Part shown: piece by piece, positions 46,885 through 56,628 of the stretch | Layout of the letters: every line of letters starts with the position of its first letter | How positions within the stretch are numbered: position 1 is the stretch's first letter | Source: a virus | Virus record (IMG/VR): IMGVR_UViG_3300010883_000001 | Coordinates: 1-64,000 of that record | Direction: 5' to 3' (one strand) | DNA: 64,000 bases | Translations under genes and position numbers: made by a program | Notes under the pieces: generated by a model | Databases searched by the model: none | Told to the model about the DNA's origin: nothing | What the model saw: the letters and a program-made list of their open reading frames with translations, nothing else

Positions 46885-47217
46885 ATGGACGAATTATTAA
46901 AAGATGAGTTAGTAAAAAAGGGGCTGGAAATATTTAGAAAGAGAGCCGAAGGCGGTGACAATTTTGCCGGTGCATTTATTTCAACTTATGATAAGCAGCC
47001 TGACGGTATGAAGGAAGGACTGTTAAAAGAATATTCAGGATATCTAATTGCTGCTGCGAAGATAATTGAAGCGCATAAAGAAGTAAAGAATCCGATTCAG
47101 ATGAAGAAGTTGCAGGAGAAGGTAAGTAGATATAAAAGTGATCTAGATGGAATTGGTCATAATGATTATGCAAAGATGCAGGCTCTAGCTAAAAAAATAA
47201 TATCGGATACTGATTAA
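46885..47217 (+). CDS. Hypothetical protein
   Basis: Likely start ATG 46885 after AAGGT (track start 46843). TAATG-coupled to the next gene. Confidence 0.55.
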   Translation: MDELLKDELVKKGLEIFRKRAEGGDNFAGAFISTYDKQPDGMKEGLLKEYSGYLIAAAKIIEAHKEVKNPIQMKKLQEKVSRYKSDLDGIGHNDYAKMQALAKKIISDTD

Positions 47218-50200
47218 TGCCAACAACGAATCAGACAAAATCATCAATTGCAAGACCTCCTGAGGAATTGTATAACCCACACCCGGATCGGTCAATGCCA
47301 CTATTGGATGCACCGAATCAGGATTTGTCTGAAGAGGCCCGGGAGACGCTAGCGTCATGGGCACAGCTTGTTACTATGGGCGCTGCTGGCTCAGCAGGAA
47401 GACCGAACGCATTTATCCTTAAGCCAAATTTGGGTGAAGCGTTAGATGAAGTAAATATAAATGAATCAGTTAATGCATCGTTAGAACCATCCGAGGCCGC
47501 GCGCACGGCCGGTGATACTGGTATTACATTTGGAACATTCGCGGATGTGTCTGAAGGAAATACTGAAGGTTCATTTACGAATGCATCATATGGATTTTAT
47601 AATGTAAAAAAATCAGATTTTTCGAGATCAAAAGAACCCATTCATCTCAACGAGATGGCTAAAGGTACCGGTCATACATTATTGCCCATGATAAAAGGCA
47701 AAGGGGAAGCAGCCAAAGATGGTGAGGACGGCCCGGCCGATCTGTACGCCACACCGGGTGCACCTGCTGTGCACGAGCCAAAATCATATGCCGATCTGCA
47801 CCCCATACAACAAAAGTTATCTGCTGTATTAAAGATTAATCGGTTTAATCCAGAGGCAGGCACCCCATACATGCAGGATCATGCCCACTCTACAAAAATA
47901 AGCGGGATGGGATCCGTACAAGAGAAATTTGGTAAATATGATGCTGATGCACCGCAGGTTGAATTCGGCGCACTCACCCATGTCGGTGACCAGTTGCTTC
48001 AATCACAAGTAGGTCATGCGGATGACACCGGTCAAGGAATGGCATTGTTACCTTCGGGTCAACAACTATTACCACAAATACTAACAATAGGCGTAAGTAA
48101 TCTCCGTGCAAAGAACACCGATGTTGGTGCCGGATTAACAAAGGACAGGACAACCCTGCACTCGTCCGAAGACAGTTTAGAAAGTGTTGGGGTCTTAAAT
48201 TCAGATCTGGAACCATTTTCTGGCGGTACCATGGCCAAGATTGGGATGGCTACCGTTGCAATACCCGCGGCAATTGCTATATTTTTAATTGTTGCCATCC
48301 TCGGTCTTGTAATCGATTTCTTTGCGAAATTTGAAGGAATGAGACAACCAGCTGAAGATCCTTTCAGCATAAAGAGTCTTGCTAAAGGTAATCACTCTCC
48401 GAATATGTCAAGCTTCCAGAGGGATACATTACAGATTCCTGCTATTGACTATCCAATTGATAAATGTTTTAATTTGGGTTTTGGCCAATGGCTTGGCATG
48501 AAAATCAGTAAAGGTGAGTTTAGTGTAGCTGATCTATTAATAGGCATGCTAACGGGTGATGTTGGTTATCTACTCTCTACTCCAGGATATTATGCAATAG
48601 TGATGAGAAGGGTTATTGCCGATACAACTCAGGTAGCTGAGGCGTTTGGTAATATTGGATTTTCAATATCAGGAATTTTAGCGATATTTGATATATTCTC
48701 GACGATTACTAAAAGTATGACATATAAGTTTATCATGACTATGATCGCTGCTGGGAACTTGGCGGCATACAGATACCGCGGCCACCCGCGGCTTGATGAT
48801 ACTGACCTGGATAGCTTACCCAGTACCGGTCCTCACCGCGGTGGCAAGAGTAGGATTTCCTCTACCCCATTTCATTCATATGATCTATATCATAATATGG
48901 CATGGAAACATTCTGCACCCCCGTCTAGATATTTGATTCCGGCATCCGTTATGAATGCCTGGGCAGCCACCAGACCAAAGGCCGGCGCGGTAGAGCATCA
49001 ATTAGGGACAACAATTTCTGCAAGAAAGGCCGGCGGAGGTGAGAAAGGCTCAGCGGCATCTGAGGATGAAGCAAAGCTTGGGTATAAAGACGCAGGTCAA
49101 TCATCCTGGTCACCTACGGAGCTAGCTCAACTATCGGCGAATGATGGCAGGCTTTCTAATGAATATGTTGAGTTTATAGAGAGAAATTTAGATGCAGAAT
49201 ATATGCCGTTCTATTTTCATGATCTTAGAAACAATCAGATAATTGCATTTAATGCATTTTTAGATTCATATAGCGATTCATTCTCACCTTCGTGGACAGA
49301 GGTTGAAGGATATGGTCGCGCAGATCCAGTTGCAATATACAAGAATACAAGGAGATCAGTCAGCATTTCATTTACGGCCGTCGCGACCAGCAAAGAAGAT
49401 TTTAATGTTATGTGGTTTAATATGAACAATCTTGTTTCAATGATATATCCACAATATTCTAGAGGCAAGATGATGGTTACGGCCGATAACAAAGATAATT
49501 TTATTATGCCATTTTCTCAATTACAGACTGCCTCACCAATTATTAGGATGCGAGTTGGTGATTTATTTAGTTCAAATTATTCCGAGATTATGGGTTTAGG
49601 CAGAAGTTTTGGTGTTGGTTTACCTGCGGAGAAATCTGAGTTTGATTTTAAGGCTAGGCAGGAAGCAATTACTGCTGCAGAAGACAAGATTGCTGCAAAG
49701 TTACAAAATCCAGGTGATAAAAATACAGTCTTCGGCGGCGGCCCGGATGGCTTGGGATACGCAGAAGGAGATAAGGTTCATCTTACTGGACGTGGTTCAT
49801 TAATTGCCAGAAAAGATGATGGTACATTTCTAATGTTCCAGGACGAAGCATATAAAGGGCGAGGCGCTGAACCGGTGATGAAACAGAAGAAATTTCCTGT
49901 TGATTCTAAGATGAAATTTGAAATTACAAAAACCGGTAGGGCAGATAAGGCTTTTCTTGAGTTGATGAAGGGCGCTGGTGATTCAATGTCACTTTTTTAC
50001 GTTGTTAAGCCTGATGCTGAAACGGCAACCGATCTTTTTCCAAAAGCCAAAGATGTGCATTTTGTTATAACGCACGAGCAGATTAACGGGTTGACAAAAG
50101 AGGATTTTGACAAGATGTATTCTGGTATAGCTGATGCAGGCCTAGACAAGAAAATGTTAATTAAAGATCCAAAAGACTTTTTAGATCCAAAAAAGAATGC

Positions 50201-50570
50201 GATAGTTAGGGCATTCAATACCACAAAAGGTAAAGGTATGGCCGGATATATAACTTCACTTTCGATGGATTGGACTGACGCTACATGGGAGATTGATTAT
50301 GGGCATAGGGCACCAAAACTTATTAAGTTATCTGTATCATTTAGCCCGATACATGATACACCTCTAGGCCTAACACACGATGGTGGCTTACGTGGCGTAG
50401 CCTACAACGTTGGATCTGCATCTAGATTATATGCCGGTAATCCTTATGCATCCGCTGCGGTGGACGAGAATGAGGCTGAACGAGATGATCTAAAGGTGAT
50501 AGGTGTACTAAAGGGAGGTAAATTCACCGCCCGCGGCGCAGGTGAGGATCCCGACGGCGGGTTGTTTTAA
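47217..50570 (+). CDS. Baseplate/tail-tube initiator protein with long N-terminal extension
   Basis: C-terminal half FNAFLDSYSDSFSPSWTEVEGYGRADPVAIYKNTRRSVSISF...PIIRMRVGDL...GYITSLSMDW...WEI...PKLIKLSVSFSPIH fits the tube-initiator pattern. Confidence 0.65.
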   Translation: MPTTNQTKSSIARPPEELYNPHPDRSMPLLDAPNQDLSEEARETLASWAQLVTMGAAGSAGRPNAFILKPNLGEALDEVNINESVNASLEPSEAARTAGDTGITFGTFADVSEGNTEGSFTNASYGFYNVKKSDFSRSKEPIHLNEMAKGTGHTLLPMIKGKGEAAKDGEDGPADLYATPGAPAVHEPKSYADLHPIQQKLSAVLKINRFNPEAGTPYMQDHAHSTKISGMGSVQEKFGKYDADAPQVEFGALTHVGDQLLQSQVGHADDTGQGMALLPSGQQLLPQILTIGVSNLRAKNTDVGAGLTKDRTTLHSSEDSLESVGVLNSDLEPFSGGTMAKIGMATVAIPAAIAIFLIVAILGLVIDFFAKFEGMRQPAEDPFSIKSLAKGNHSPNMSSFQRDTLQIPAIDYPIDKCFNLGFGQWLGMKISKGEFSVADLLIGMLTGDVGYLLSTPGYYAIVMRRVIADTTQVAEAFGNIGFSISGILAIFDIFSTITKSMTYKFIMTMIAAGNLAAYRYRGHPRLDDTDLDSLPSTGPHRGGKSRISSTPFHSYDLYHNMAWKHSAPPSRYLIPASVMNAWAATRPKAGAVEHQLGTTISARKAGGGEKGSAASEDEAKLGYKDAGQSSWSPTELAQLSANDGRLSNEYVEFIERNLDAEYMPFYFHDLRNNQIIAFNAFLDSYSDSFSPSWTEVEGYGRADPVAIYKNTRRSVSISFTAVATSKEDFNVMWFNMNNLVSMIYPQYSRGKMMVTADNKDNFIMPFSQLQTASPIIRMRVGDLFSSNYSEIMGLGRSFGVGLPAEKSEFDFKARQEAITAAEDKIAAKLQNPGDKNTVFGGGPDGLGYAEGDKVHLTGRGSLIARKDDGTFLMFQDEAYKGRGAEPVMKQKKFPVDSKMKFEITKTGRADKAFLELMKGAGDSMSLFYVVKPDAETATDLFPKAKDVHFVITHEQINGLTKEDFDKMYSGIADAGLDKKMLIKDPKDFLDPKKNAIVRAFNTTKGKGMAGYITSLSMDWTDATWEIDYGHRAPKLIKLSVSFSPIHDTPLGLTHDGGLRGVAYNVGSASRLYAGNPYASAAVDENEAERDDLKVIGVLKGGKFTARGAGEDPDGGLF

Positions 50571-50584
50571 TTAAGGAGTGAGTT

Positions 50585-50878
50585 ATGCCATCTAGATATT
50601 TGCGCGCACCAAGAATGGGTTCTGGTAGGTTTACCGGTACAAGTCATGCATGCAACCTAATCACGCGTGCGGTTGATAACGGGATGATTGGTGTAAAGAT
50701 GACGGTATTGAGAGAAGGCCAACGGCTTGACGTAATGGCACAACATGAATATGGTGATGCTAGTCTGTGGTGGGTAATTGCTGCTGCTAGTGGCATAGGC
50801 TGGTGGTTACAGGTACCTCCGGGTACTGAGATTTTAATCCCTACTTCATTGAGGCAAGTTATGGGTCTAGTCGCATGA
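50585..50878 (+). CDS. LysM-like baseplate protein (gp53/P2 gpX-like)
   Basis: GQRLDVMAQHEYGDASLWWVIAAAS...PGTEILIP. Confidence 0.8.
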   Translation: MPSRYLRAPRMGSGRFTGTSHACNLITRAVDNGMIGVKMTVLREGQRLDVMAQHEYGDASLWWVIAAASGIGWWLQVPPGTEILIPTSLRQVMGLVA

Positions 50879-53800
50879 GTGATTTACCAAAGCCACCACT
50901 CTCGCAGGCGATTGAAGCATTGGGTAGGTTTTTTGAAGTTTTTGAGAAGGGCGGAATTTTACAAGCGATTCGTCAAAAAGAGCTATTTCCAGAGTCGAGG
51001 CCGAAGCCCCCAAGCACTCCCAAAATAACTACTGAGTCGATTATGACAGATTTTTTATACGACTCGTCTCTAGGAGGTATTCGTTTCTCCCGTCTGCTTG
51101 AAGGTATCGAGACTGCCGTAAAAGATCGTAAGGATTTTGCTGAGGCAACCGCTGCTGCTGATATGGCAAAGACATTTTGCGTGACATTTGATCCAGCCGC
51201 GGCAGGTGCACTTAAACCAATGTTCAATGGGAATGGATCCCCATCTAAGATAATAGCAAAACAAGGTTTTGAGGTGGATGCACCAGATGGTCTTCCCGAA
51301 TGGAAGTTAACCGATTCAATAAATGATCAGATTTCTAGATCAACAGGCATGCCGATAGCAACAGAGATTAATACTGAGTATAAAAAACCTACGACGGCAC
51401 AACCAAACCTAATATATAATCAAATATTACAACGTGGGATAAGCCCCGCAATTCGTGATGTTGGTGCGCTTACGGTTTTCATGAACTGTATGCCTACGTT
51501 AGAGGTCAGCAGAGCAGTACCATTTATAGACGTGACCTTATTTGAGGATTTTAGTACAATAGGTGATACCGCAGATGGCAGGAGATTACAGGGTTTAAGT
51601 TTGGGCAAGTTTTTGATGGGTCAAGTTAAGGATTCTGAGTTTGATCCTAAAATATGGGAGGCTAACCCAGTTGATAATGACGGCATGATAGCGTTATTAA
51701 ATGCCAAGGCAGATCCCACAAAAACAACTGCAGAGAAACGTGGCGAGAAAGGTGTGGTTCAACCCAACACTGCTGGTATGGAAATATTTACAGCCCCCCA
51801 GACGCTAGTACCAGCTAATGAGATGTTTTCAGAGGATAATGAGATTCAGCTAACTGACAAGGTACCATATCGTGAACGTGCTGCGCCTGTATTAGATAGA
51901 TTCAGACCATTTTTATCATTGCTTTCTCTAGAGATAACCTCCGCACCATCAGTTCAAACCTTTGTGTATACACAAGCAACATTGGAGCTGGTATGTCATG
52001 ACCGGTCAAGGCTAGCTGAGGTATCGGGTTTTGTGAGTCCTAGCTTTTTAGGAAATGAGCATTTATTGATTGAGTATGGTTGGGGACATCCAGATTTTCA
52101 GGTTCATGGGAATGCTATATTCGATTCTTCAGCCGAAGGTAAGGGAAATGCATTTGGTGCATTCATAGGTTCATTAAGATCAAGGGAAAAATACCAGATT
52201 GTAAATACGTCATTTAATTTCGATGACGTAGGACAGGTTACGTTAAGTGTTAAGGTTTCCATGATGGGAAATCATGACGTCGCCAACAAGGGAATAACGC
52301 AGTTTGGATCTAAAGAAGATCATCAGCTAATCCGAAGATTAACAAAGAAAATAGGGAAAGCATATTCAAAGCTTAATGAGGTAGCTACAAGAGCTTCTGA
52401 TAATAATCCGTATGATTTTTTAGAGTCTTCATCAACAGTTGACGGTGCATTATCTTTAGACAAAGATTCCAAAAAAGCGATTAGAGCATTTTTGAAACAG
52501 AATAGAAATGCACCACCAACCTCCGGATTAAAGGAGGTTGCCGACGCACTTAGCGAGTTATACGGCGCAGATGGATCAGGTGAGGATAGTAAGTTAAGGA
52601 GAGGTCACCGCAAGACAAAAGGCGGAAATGCGGTTGCAAAATATAGACAATCTGCATCGTCATTTATTAGTAGAGAACTTGACGGCCTCTCGGATAATTC
52701 ATTTAGTGATCCATGGTTTAGGGATAACCCTCACGGCCCAGGGGCATGCAATAGAAAGACTCAGGCTGCTAAGTTTACACGCGGTTACGTTAGTCTTGGG
52801 AAGCTTTTTGCTAATCTAGTTTTTGTACCCCTATTGGATACAGGAAAATTCCATGAAATACAGGTGTCGTGGGGAATGTTCAATAAGGATGCCGGTGCAA
52901 TGTATGATTGGAATATTGCACAATTTCCTATAGATTTACATGATTTGAAGGTTGTTATGCGTGAACACTTAAAAACAAACCATCAGATGACGGTTGCAAA
53001 TTTCGTAAGCTTTATTAATAAATACTTTATGGAAGATCATGGAAACCAGGCCTTTGGTATGAGAGAGATATATAGCACACGTTCTAGAGAAGATAGGACT
53101 CAACGAAAGGCTAAAACAAATGCTATGAGAAAGAAACCTTCATTATTGAGTGATAAGACAAACTCAATATTGAAAAAAATCTATGCATCAGCCACAACAA
53201 AAAAAGAGGCCCACTTTGCACCGCCCAAACTGGGCATAATATTAGAGGCTGTTCCGGAGATAGTTGATCCAACAGATGACCCTAATTCCGGACCAACTGG
53301 CGTGGAGAGAACAATATTGAGGGTTCATATATACGATAATGTATGCCAGACATATCCCTATTATTCTTCAATATTAAATGAGTCGTCGAACGAGTCTCTT
53401 AAGTTGTTAAGAGACGCCGCAGATAACGGGGAGAACGGTTCCGACAAGGCATGGTCTGATGTACATGATCGCGCCATGGAGCTAGGGATAGTTGTAGATG
53501 TTGATTTAGCAAAAGAGACCGTAGGAAAAACTAACGTGAAAGGTATTCCCTTAAGTTGTTACAGGGTTAAAGGGGGATTCCAGGCAATAAAGGAATTTGT
53601 TATGGTCGGTGTGCCATCAATTAGATATGGCCAGGAAGCATCCGGAATACTCTCAGCAGATGTATCAAGCGAGTCAGATGGTCTAATGTCACGTATTATG
53701 ATGGATAGAATGGGTAAAGTTGGAGGAAGTAGTCCTGGACATGAGACAGACTTAGGGCTACCTTTACAAACTTCACCGGTAAAGGTTTCAATTGAAACTT

Positions 53801-54024
53801 TAGGCTGTCCATTATGGAAAATGATGCAAGAGATCTTTATAGATTTTGGTACCGGGACTACGGTTGACAACATCTATAGGGTAACAAGCGTGACACATAA
53901 AATAGAGGCAGGTCAGTATACTACTAGTGTTGAGTTAGTTACTGGTGCGGTATGGGGAAAGTATCGTTCATCTATGGATCAGGTTGCCTCGGCAATTTAT
54001 GGAATTGCGGGAATTGAACATTAG
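50875..54024 (+). CDS. Baseplate hub protein (gp27/P2 gpD-like)
   Basis: LLIEYGWGHP and C-terminal SIETLGCP...NIYRVTSVTHKIEAGQYTTSVEL. ATGA overlap with the LysM gene. Confidence 0.6.
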   Translation: MSDLPKPPLSQAIEALGRFFEVFEKGGILQAIRQKELFPESRPKPPSTPKITTESIMTDFLYDSSLGGIRFSRLLEGIETAVKDRKDFAEATAAADMAKTFCVTFDPAAAGALKPMFNGNGSPSKIIAKQGFEVDAPDGLPEWKLTDSINDQISRSTGMPIATEINTEYKKPTTAQPNLIYNQILQRGISPAIRDVGALTVFMNCMPTLEVSRAVPFIDVTLFEDFSTIGDTADGRRLQGLSLGKFLMGQVKDSEFDPKIWEANPVDNDGMIALLNAKADPTKTTAEKRGEKGVVQPNTAGMEIFTAPQTLVPANEMFSEDNEIQLTDKVPYRERAAPVLDRFRPFLSLLSLEITSAPSVQTFVYTQATLELVCHDRSRLAEVSGFVSPSFLGNEHLLIEYGWGHPDFQVHGNAIFDSSAEGKGNAFGAFIGSLRSREKYQIVNTSFNFDDVGQVTLSVKVSMMGNHDVANKGITQFGSKEDHQLIRRLTKKIGKAYSKLNEVATRASDNNPYDFLESSSTVDGALSLDKDSKKAIRAFLKQNRNAPPTSGLKEVADALSELYGADGSGEDSKLRRGHRKTKGGNAVAKYRQSASSFISRELDGLSDNSFSDPWFRDNPHGPGACNRKTQAAKFTRGYVSLGKLFANLVFVPLLDTGKFHEIQVSWGMFNKDAGAMYDWNIAQFPIDLHDLKVVMREHLKTNHQMTVANFVSFINKYFMEDHGNQAFGMREIYSTRSREDRTQRKAKTNAMRKKPSLLSDKTNSILKKIYASATTKKEAHFAPPKLGIILEAVPEIVDPTDDPNSGPTGVERTILRVHIYDNVCQTYPYYSSILNESSNESLKLLRDAADNGENGSDKAWSDVHDRAMELGIVVDVDLAKETVGKTNVKGIPLSCYRVKGGFQAIKEFVMVGVPSIRYGQEASGILSADVSSESDGLMSRIMMDRMGKVGGSSPGHETDLGLPLQTSPVKVSIETLGCPLWKMMQEIFIDFGTGTTVDNIYRVTSVTHKIEAGQYTTSVELVTGAVWGKYRSSMDQVASAIYGIAGIEH

Positions 54025-54044
54025 ATTAAGTTGCAAAAAATAGC

Positions 54045-54072
54045 TGAACAATCTAGGTTATTTTTGTATCAT
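54045..54072 (+). promoter_or_regulatory. Candidate sigma70-like promoter upstream of PolA
   Basis: TGAACA-N16-TATCAT. Confidence 0.55.
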
Positions 54073-54077
54073 TTTAT

Positions 54078-55286
54078 GTGATTGCTATATCAAAAAAAAT
54101 TCTAGGCACAAAAGATAACCTGATTATTAAATGTGATGATGAAATTTCGTGGTCCCCCCACGTATCAAATGACGTGTGGTGTTATGGTGATGACTATCAT
54201 ATAAGGTCTTTGAATATTCTTTTTGATATTTTAAAAATAAAGGGCCCAGTATTAAATTATGCCAATCATGTCATGGCATTCCGAAATTTAGGAATTGACG
54301 TTGATAGCATTGATATACCCATGAGGCACGTCGTTGGTCAACAAAAGTACGTCCGTGAACTTCGTGATATCATTAGAGACATATCATCACTATCTGATGA
54401 CATTCTAAAGAACGTCTATGTGCAAACATATATAAAATCTAGGGAGCTTCTATCAGCCCTTGATGATGCTTCTATAAATTTGGAAAAATTTGACCTATAT
54501 GTCTCAAAAGAGAAGAACCCTACCAATTTGTCTGCTATTAATAGTTTTAAACCTGTTTCCGGAAATAAGTCTGGCAAGGTAGTTTATTCTCAATCGTCTA
54601 CGCAAACTGGTAGGATGGTTGTTAAGAGTGGGCCGCGGATTTTAACGCTTCCATCGAAATATAGGGATATAGTCTGTTCGGCTGACGATTCAAAAAAGAT
54701 TGTTGGAATAGACTTTATCTCGCTGGAACCTAGGGTTGCGGCATACCTTACTGGGCAGACACCTAATGATGATATATACGAGGACGTTAGGGAAAATATC
54801 GGGCTTGATATATCTAGGACGGCATGTAAACTAGCGGTACTGACAACATTATATGGTGGGACAAAATCAAAGATATCTGAAATATTGAATATTCCAATTT
54901 TTGACGCAACAAAGATAATGAGTAGTATAATTTCTTATTTTGGTATCACCGGTTTGAGAATGATGCTCAAGAAACAAGCAGATGAATTTGGATCATTCAT
55001 GAATTTTTTTGGGCGCCCTATTTTTTGTGATGAAGAGAAGAGTAGAAATATAGTGAATCATCAAATTCAGTCGACGGCAGTAGATGTTTCATACGTGGGA
55101 TTTCATTCATTGGTTGAGAAGGCAAAATCTTCGAATACACATTTCAGGCCCTTATTTTTATTGCATGATGCGCTTATAGTTGAAGTAGACAAGGATGATC
55201 CTAATATCGGAGAACTAGTTTCTTCCGGAATTAATTGTGAGTTAGGATATTTCCCATTATCCTTGACCGAGTGGGGTAGTATTTAA
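54078..55286 (+). CDS. Family A DNA polymerase, polymerase domain only
   Basis: TQTGRM, motif A DFISLEPR, motif B RTACKLAVLTTLYG, NHQIQSTAVD and motif C LLHDAL. Only 402 aa. Confidence 0.8.
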   Translation: MIAISKKILGTKDNLIIKCDDEISWSPHVSNDVWCYGDDYHIRSLNILFDILKIKGPVLNYANHVMAFRNLGIDVDSIDIPMRHVVGQQKYVRELRDIIRDISSLSDDILKNVYVQTYIKSRELLSALDDASINLEKFDLYVSKEKNPTNLSAINSFKPVSGNKSGKVVYSQSSTQTGRMVVKSGPRILTLPSKYRDIVCSADDSKKIVGIDFISLEPRVAAYLTGQTPNDDIYEDVRENIGLDISRTACKLAVLTTLYGGTKSKISEILNIPIFDATKIMSSIISYFGITGLRMMLKKQADEFGSFMNFFGRPIFCDEEKSRNIVNHQIQSTAVDVSYVGFHSLVEKAKSSNTHFRPLFLLHDALIVEVDKDDPNIGELVSSGINCELGYFPLSLTEWGSI

Positions 55287-55306
55287 TTTGTGGATCGGAG
55301 AATTAT

Positions 55307-55792
55307 ATGAAGTACATATTTGAAAAAGAAGAAAATGGAAAAGATCAGCAAACCAAACCAGCACCTTCACCGGAGAAACCGGCAGCGAAAGGTAGTTTGC
55401 AGGTAATGCCAGGCCAGGTATCCGCTAGGGATGGTGCATATTATGTCTTGCATACACTTGTTGGTGCAAGAAATGCAAACCTATTGACACTGTCAACAGA
55501 TGTGCAGGTTGGTGCAGAAGGGGGTGCCGTGATAGTCAAGGCCTTAGATACCGGCACCGGTGCTGTCAAGAAGGGTACGGTAGGCAGGGGGGGAGTAAAG
55601 AAAGAATTAAAGAAAGCTGAGATGCTTTCCGTCTCTGATCCAACGACACTCATGTCAAATCTTAGGATTTCAAATCCGGCACCGGCATCAGAGGCAAATG
55701 ATATTAAAAAAGTATTACTAATACTTCGCCAGGCTATATACAATACCGAAGCTATGACGCAGGCTTTTGTTGGCGTTAAGGAATTAAAATAA
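55307..55792 (+). CDS. Hypothetical protein
   Basis: GGAG RBS and intact ORF. Confidence 0.55.
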   Translation: MKYIFEKEENGKDQQTKPAPSPEKPAAKGSLQVMPGQVSARDGAYYVLHTLVGARNANLLTLSTDVQVGAEGGAVIVKALDTGTGAVKKGTVGRGGVKKELKKAEMLSVSDPTTLMSNLRISNPAPASEANDIKKVLLILRQAIYNTEAMTQAFVGVKELK

Positions 55793-55801
55793 AATTAAAT
55801 T

Positions 55802-56371
55802 ATGGATAATTTAGAGAAAAACTGGAATAAGTATTATGATTTATGTGGTCGATTCTGTGATCATAATTTAACAAAAATGCTAGATGACTTGGGCGAAAGA
55901 ATAGTTTCTGCGCCGGCATCTAATAGGGAACCATATGGTTTTTGTCGCCCGGGAGGTCTTTTAGAACACTCTTTAGATATAGCATCTAGATCACGGAGCA
56001 TGATAGATAAAATAGGGGGAGACGTTAGTATAAGCGCTGTTATGAAAGTTTCACTTCTTCATGATCTTGGAAAAATTGGGGATTTAGAAAATGATCTGTT
56101 TATAGAAGAAACAAGCTCTTGGCATATTGAGAAACTAGGGCAACTATACAAGTATAACGAAAACATTCGAAAGATGACAATACCTCATAGAACTCTTTTC
56201 CTTCTTCAACATTATGGTGTAAAACTGACACCTGATGAATGGCTAGCAATTGCAACAGCACAAGGTTCACATTTGGATGAAAATAAGTTTTATGAACAAG
56301 GCATGAACAGGGACGTATTATCAATAATACTACAGACGTCAAAGAAACTATCATTTACTTTGGATAGTTAA
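55802..56371 (+). CDS. HD-domain protein (YhaM-like)
   Basis: APAS...GGLLEHSL...LLHDLGKIG. Confidence 0.75.
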   Translation: MDNLEKNWNKYYDLCGRFCDHNLTKMLDDLGERIVSAPASNREPYGFCRPGGLLEHSLDIASRSRSMIDKIGGDVSISAVMKVSLLHDLGKIGDLENDLFIEETSSWHIEKLGQLYKYNENIRKMTIPHRTLFLLQHYGVKLTPDEWLAIATAQGSHLDENKFYEQGMNRDVLSIILQTSKKLSFTLDS

Positions 56372-56375
56372 TATT

Positions 56376-56603
56376 ATGAATTTTTTACATTTAAGAAAGC
56401 TAATACGAAGACTAGTAATAATCGCAGAACGAAATTCTGGCAATAAAAAAATCCTGAATGAACCTGATGAGATAAGTGAAGATTCAGAAGAGCAGGAAGA
56501 GATCTCAGCTGGAGGTGTTGCCGGTGCCGCAACACCTTTGGGAACAACACCTACATACCCCGCCTCAAGAAATAAAAAGAAGAAAAATAGCAAAAACAGC
56601 TGA
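56376..56603 (+). CDS. Small hypothetical protein (head-internal-protein-like)
   Basis: LRKLIRRLVIIAE N-terminal helix, acidic middle and basic C-terminus. Confidence 0.5.
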   Translation: MNFLHLRKLIRRLVIIAERNSGNKKILNEPDEISEDSEEQEEISAGGVAGAATPLGTTPTYPASRNKKKKNSKNS

Positions 56604-56628
56604 ACATACTTTCTTTTTTTGCTAGTTT
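56601..56628 (+). promoter_or_regulatory. Candidate sigma70-like promoter upstream of the SSB-RecA operon
   Basis: TGAACA-N16-TAGTTT. Confidence 0.55.

Noticed and set aside
33082-54024. Extracellular contractile injection system or tailocin (two sheaths, tube, LysM protein, hub)
   Set aside because: Terminase, portal, protease, capsid, neck and a replisome are contiguous with it, so this is a complete phage.
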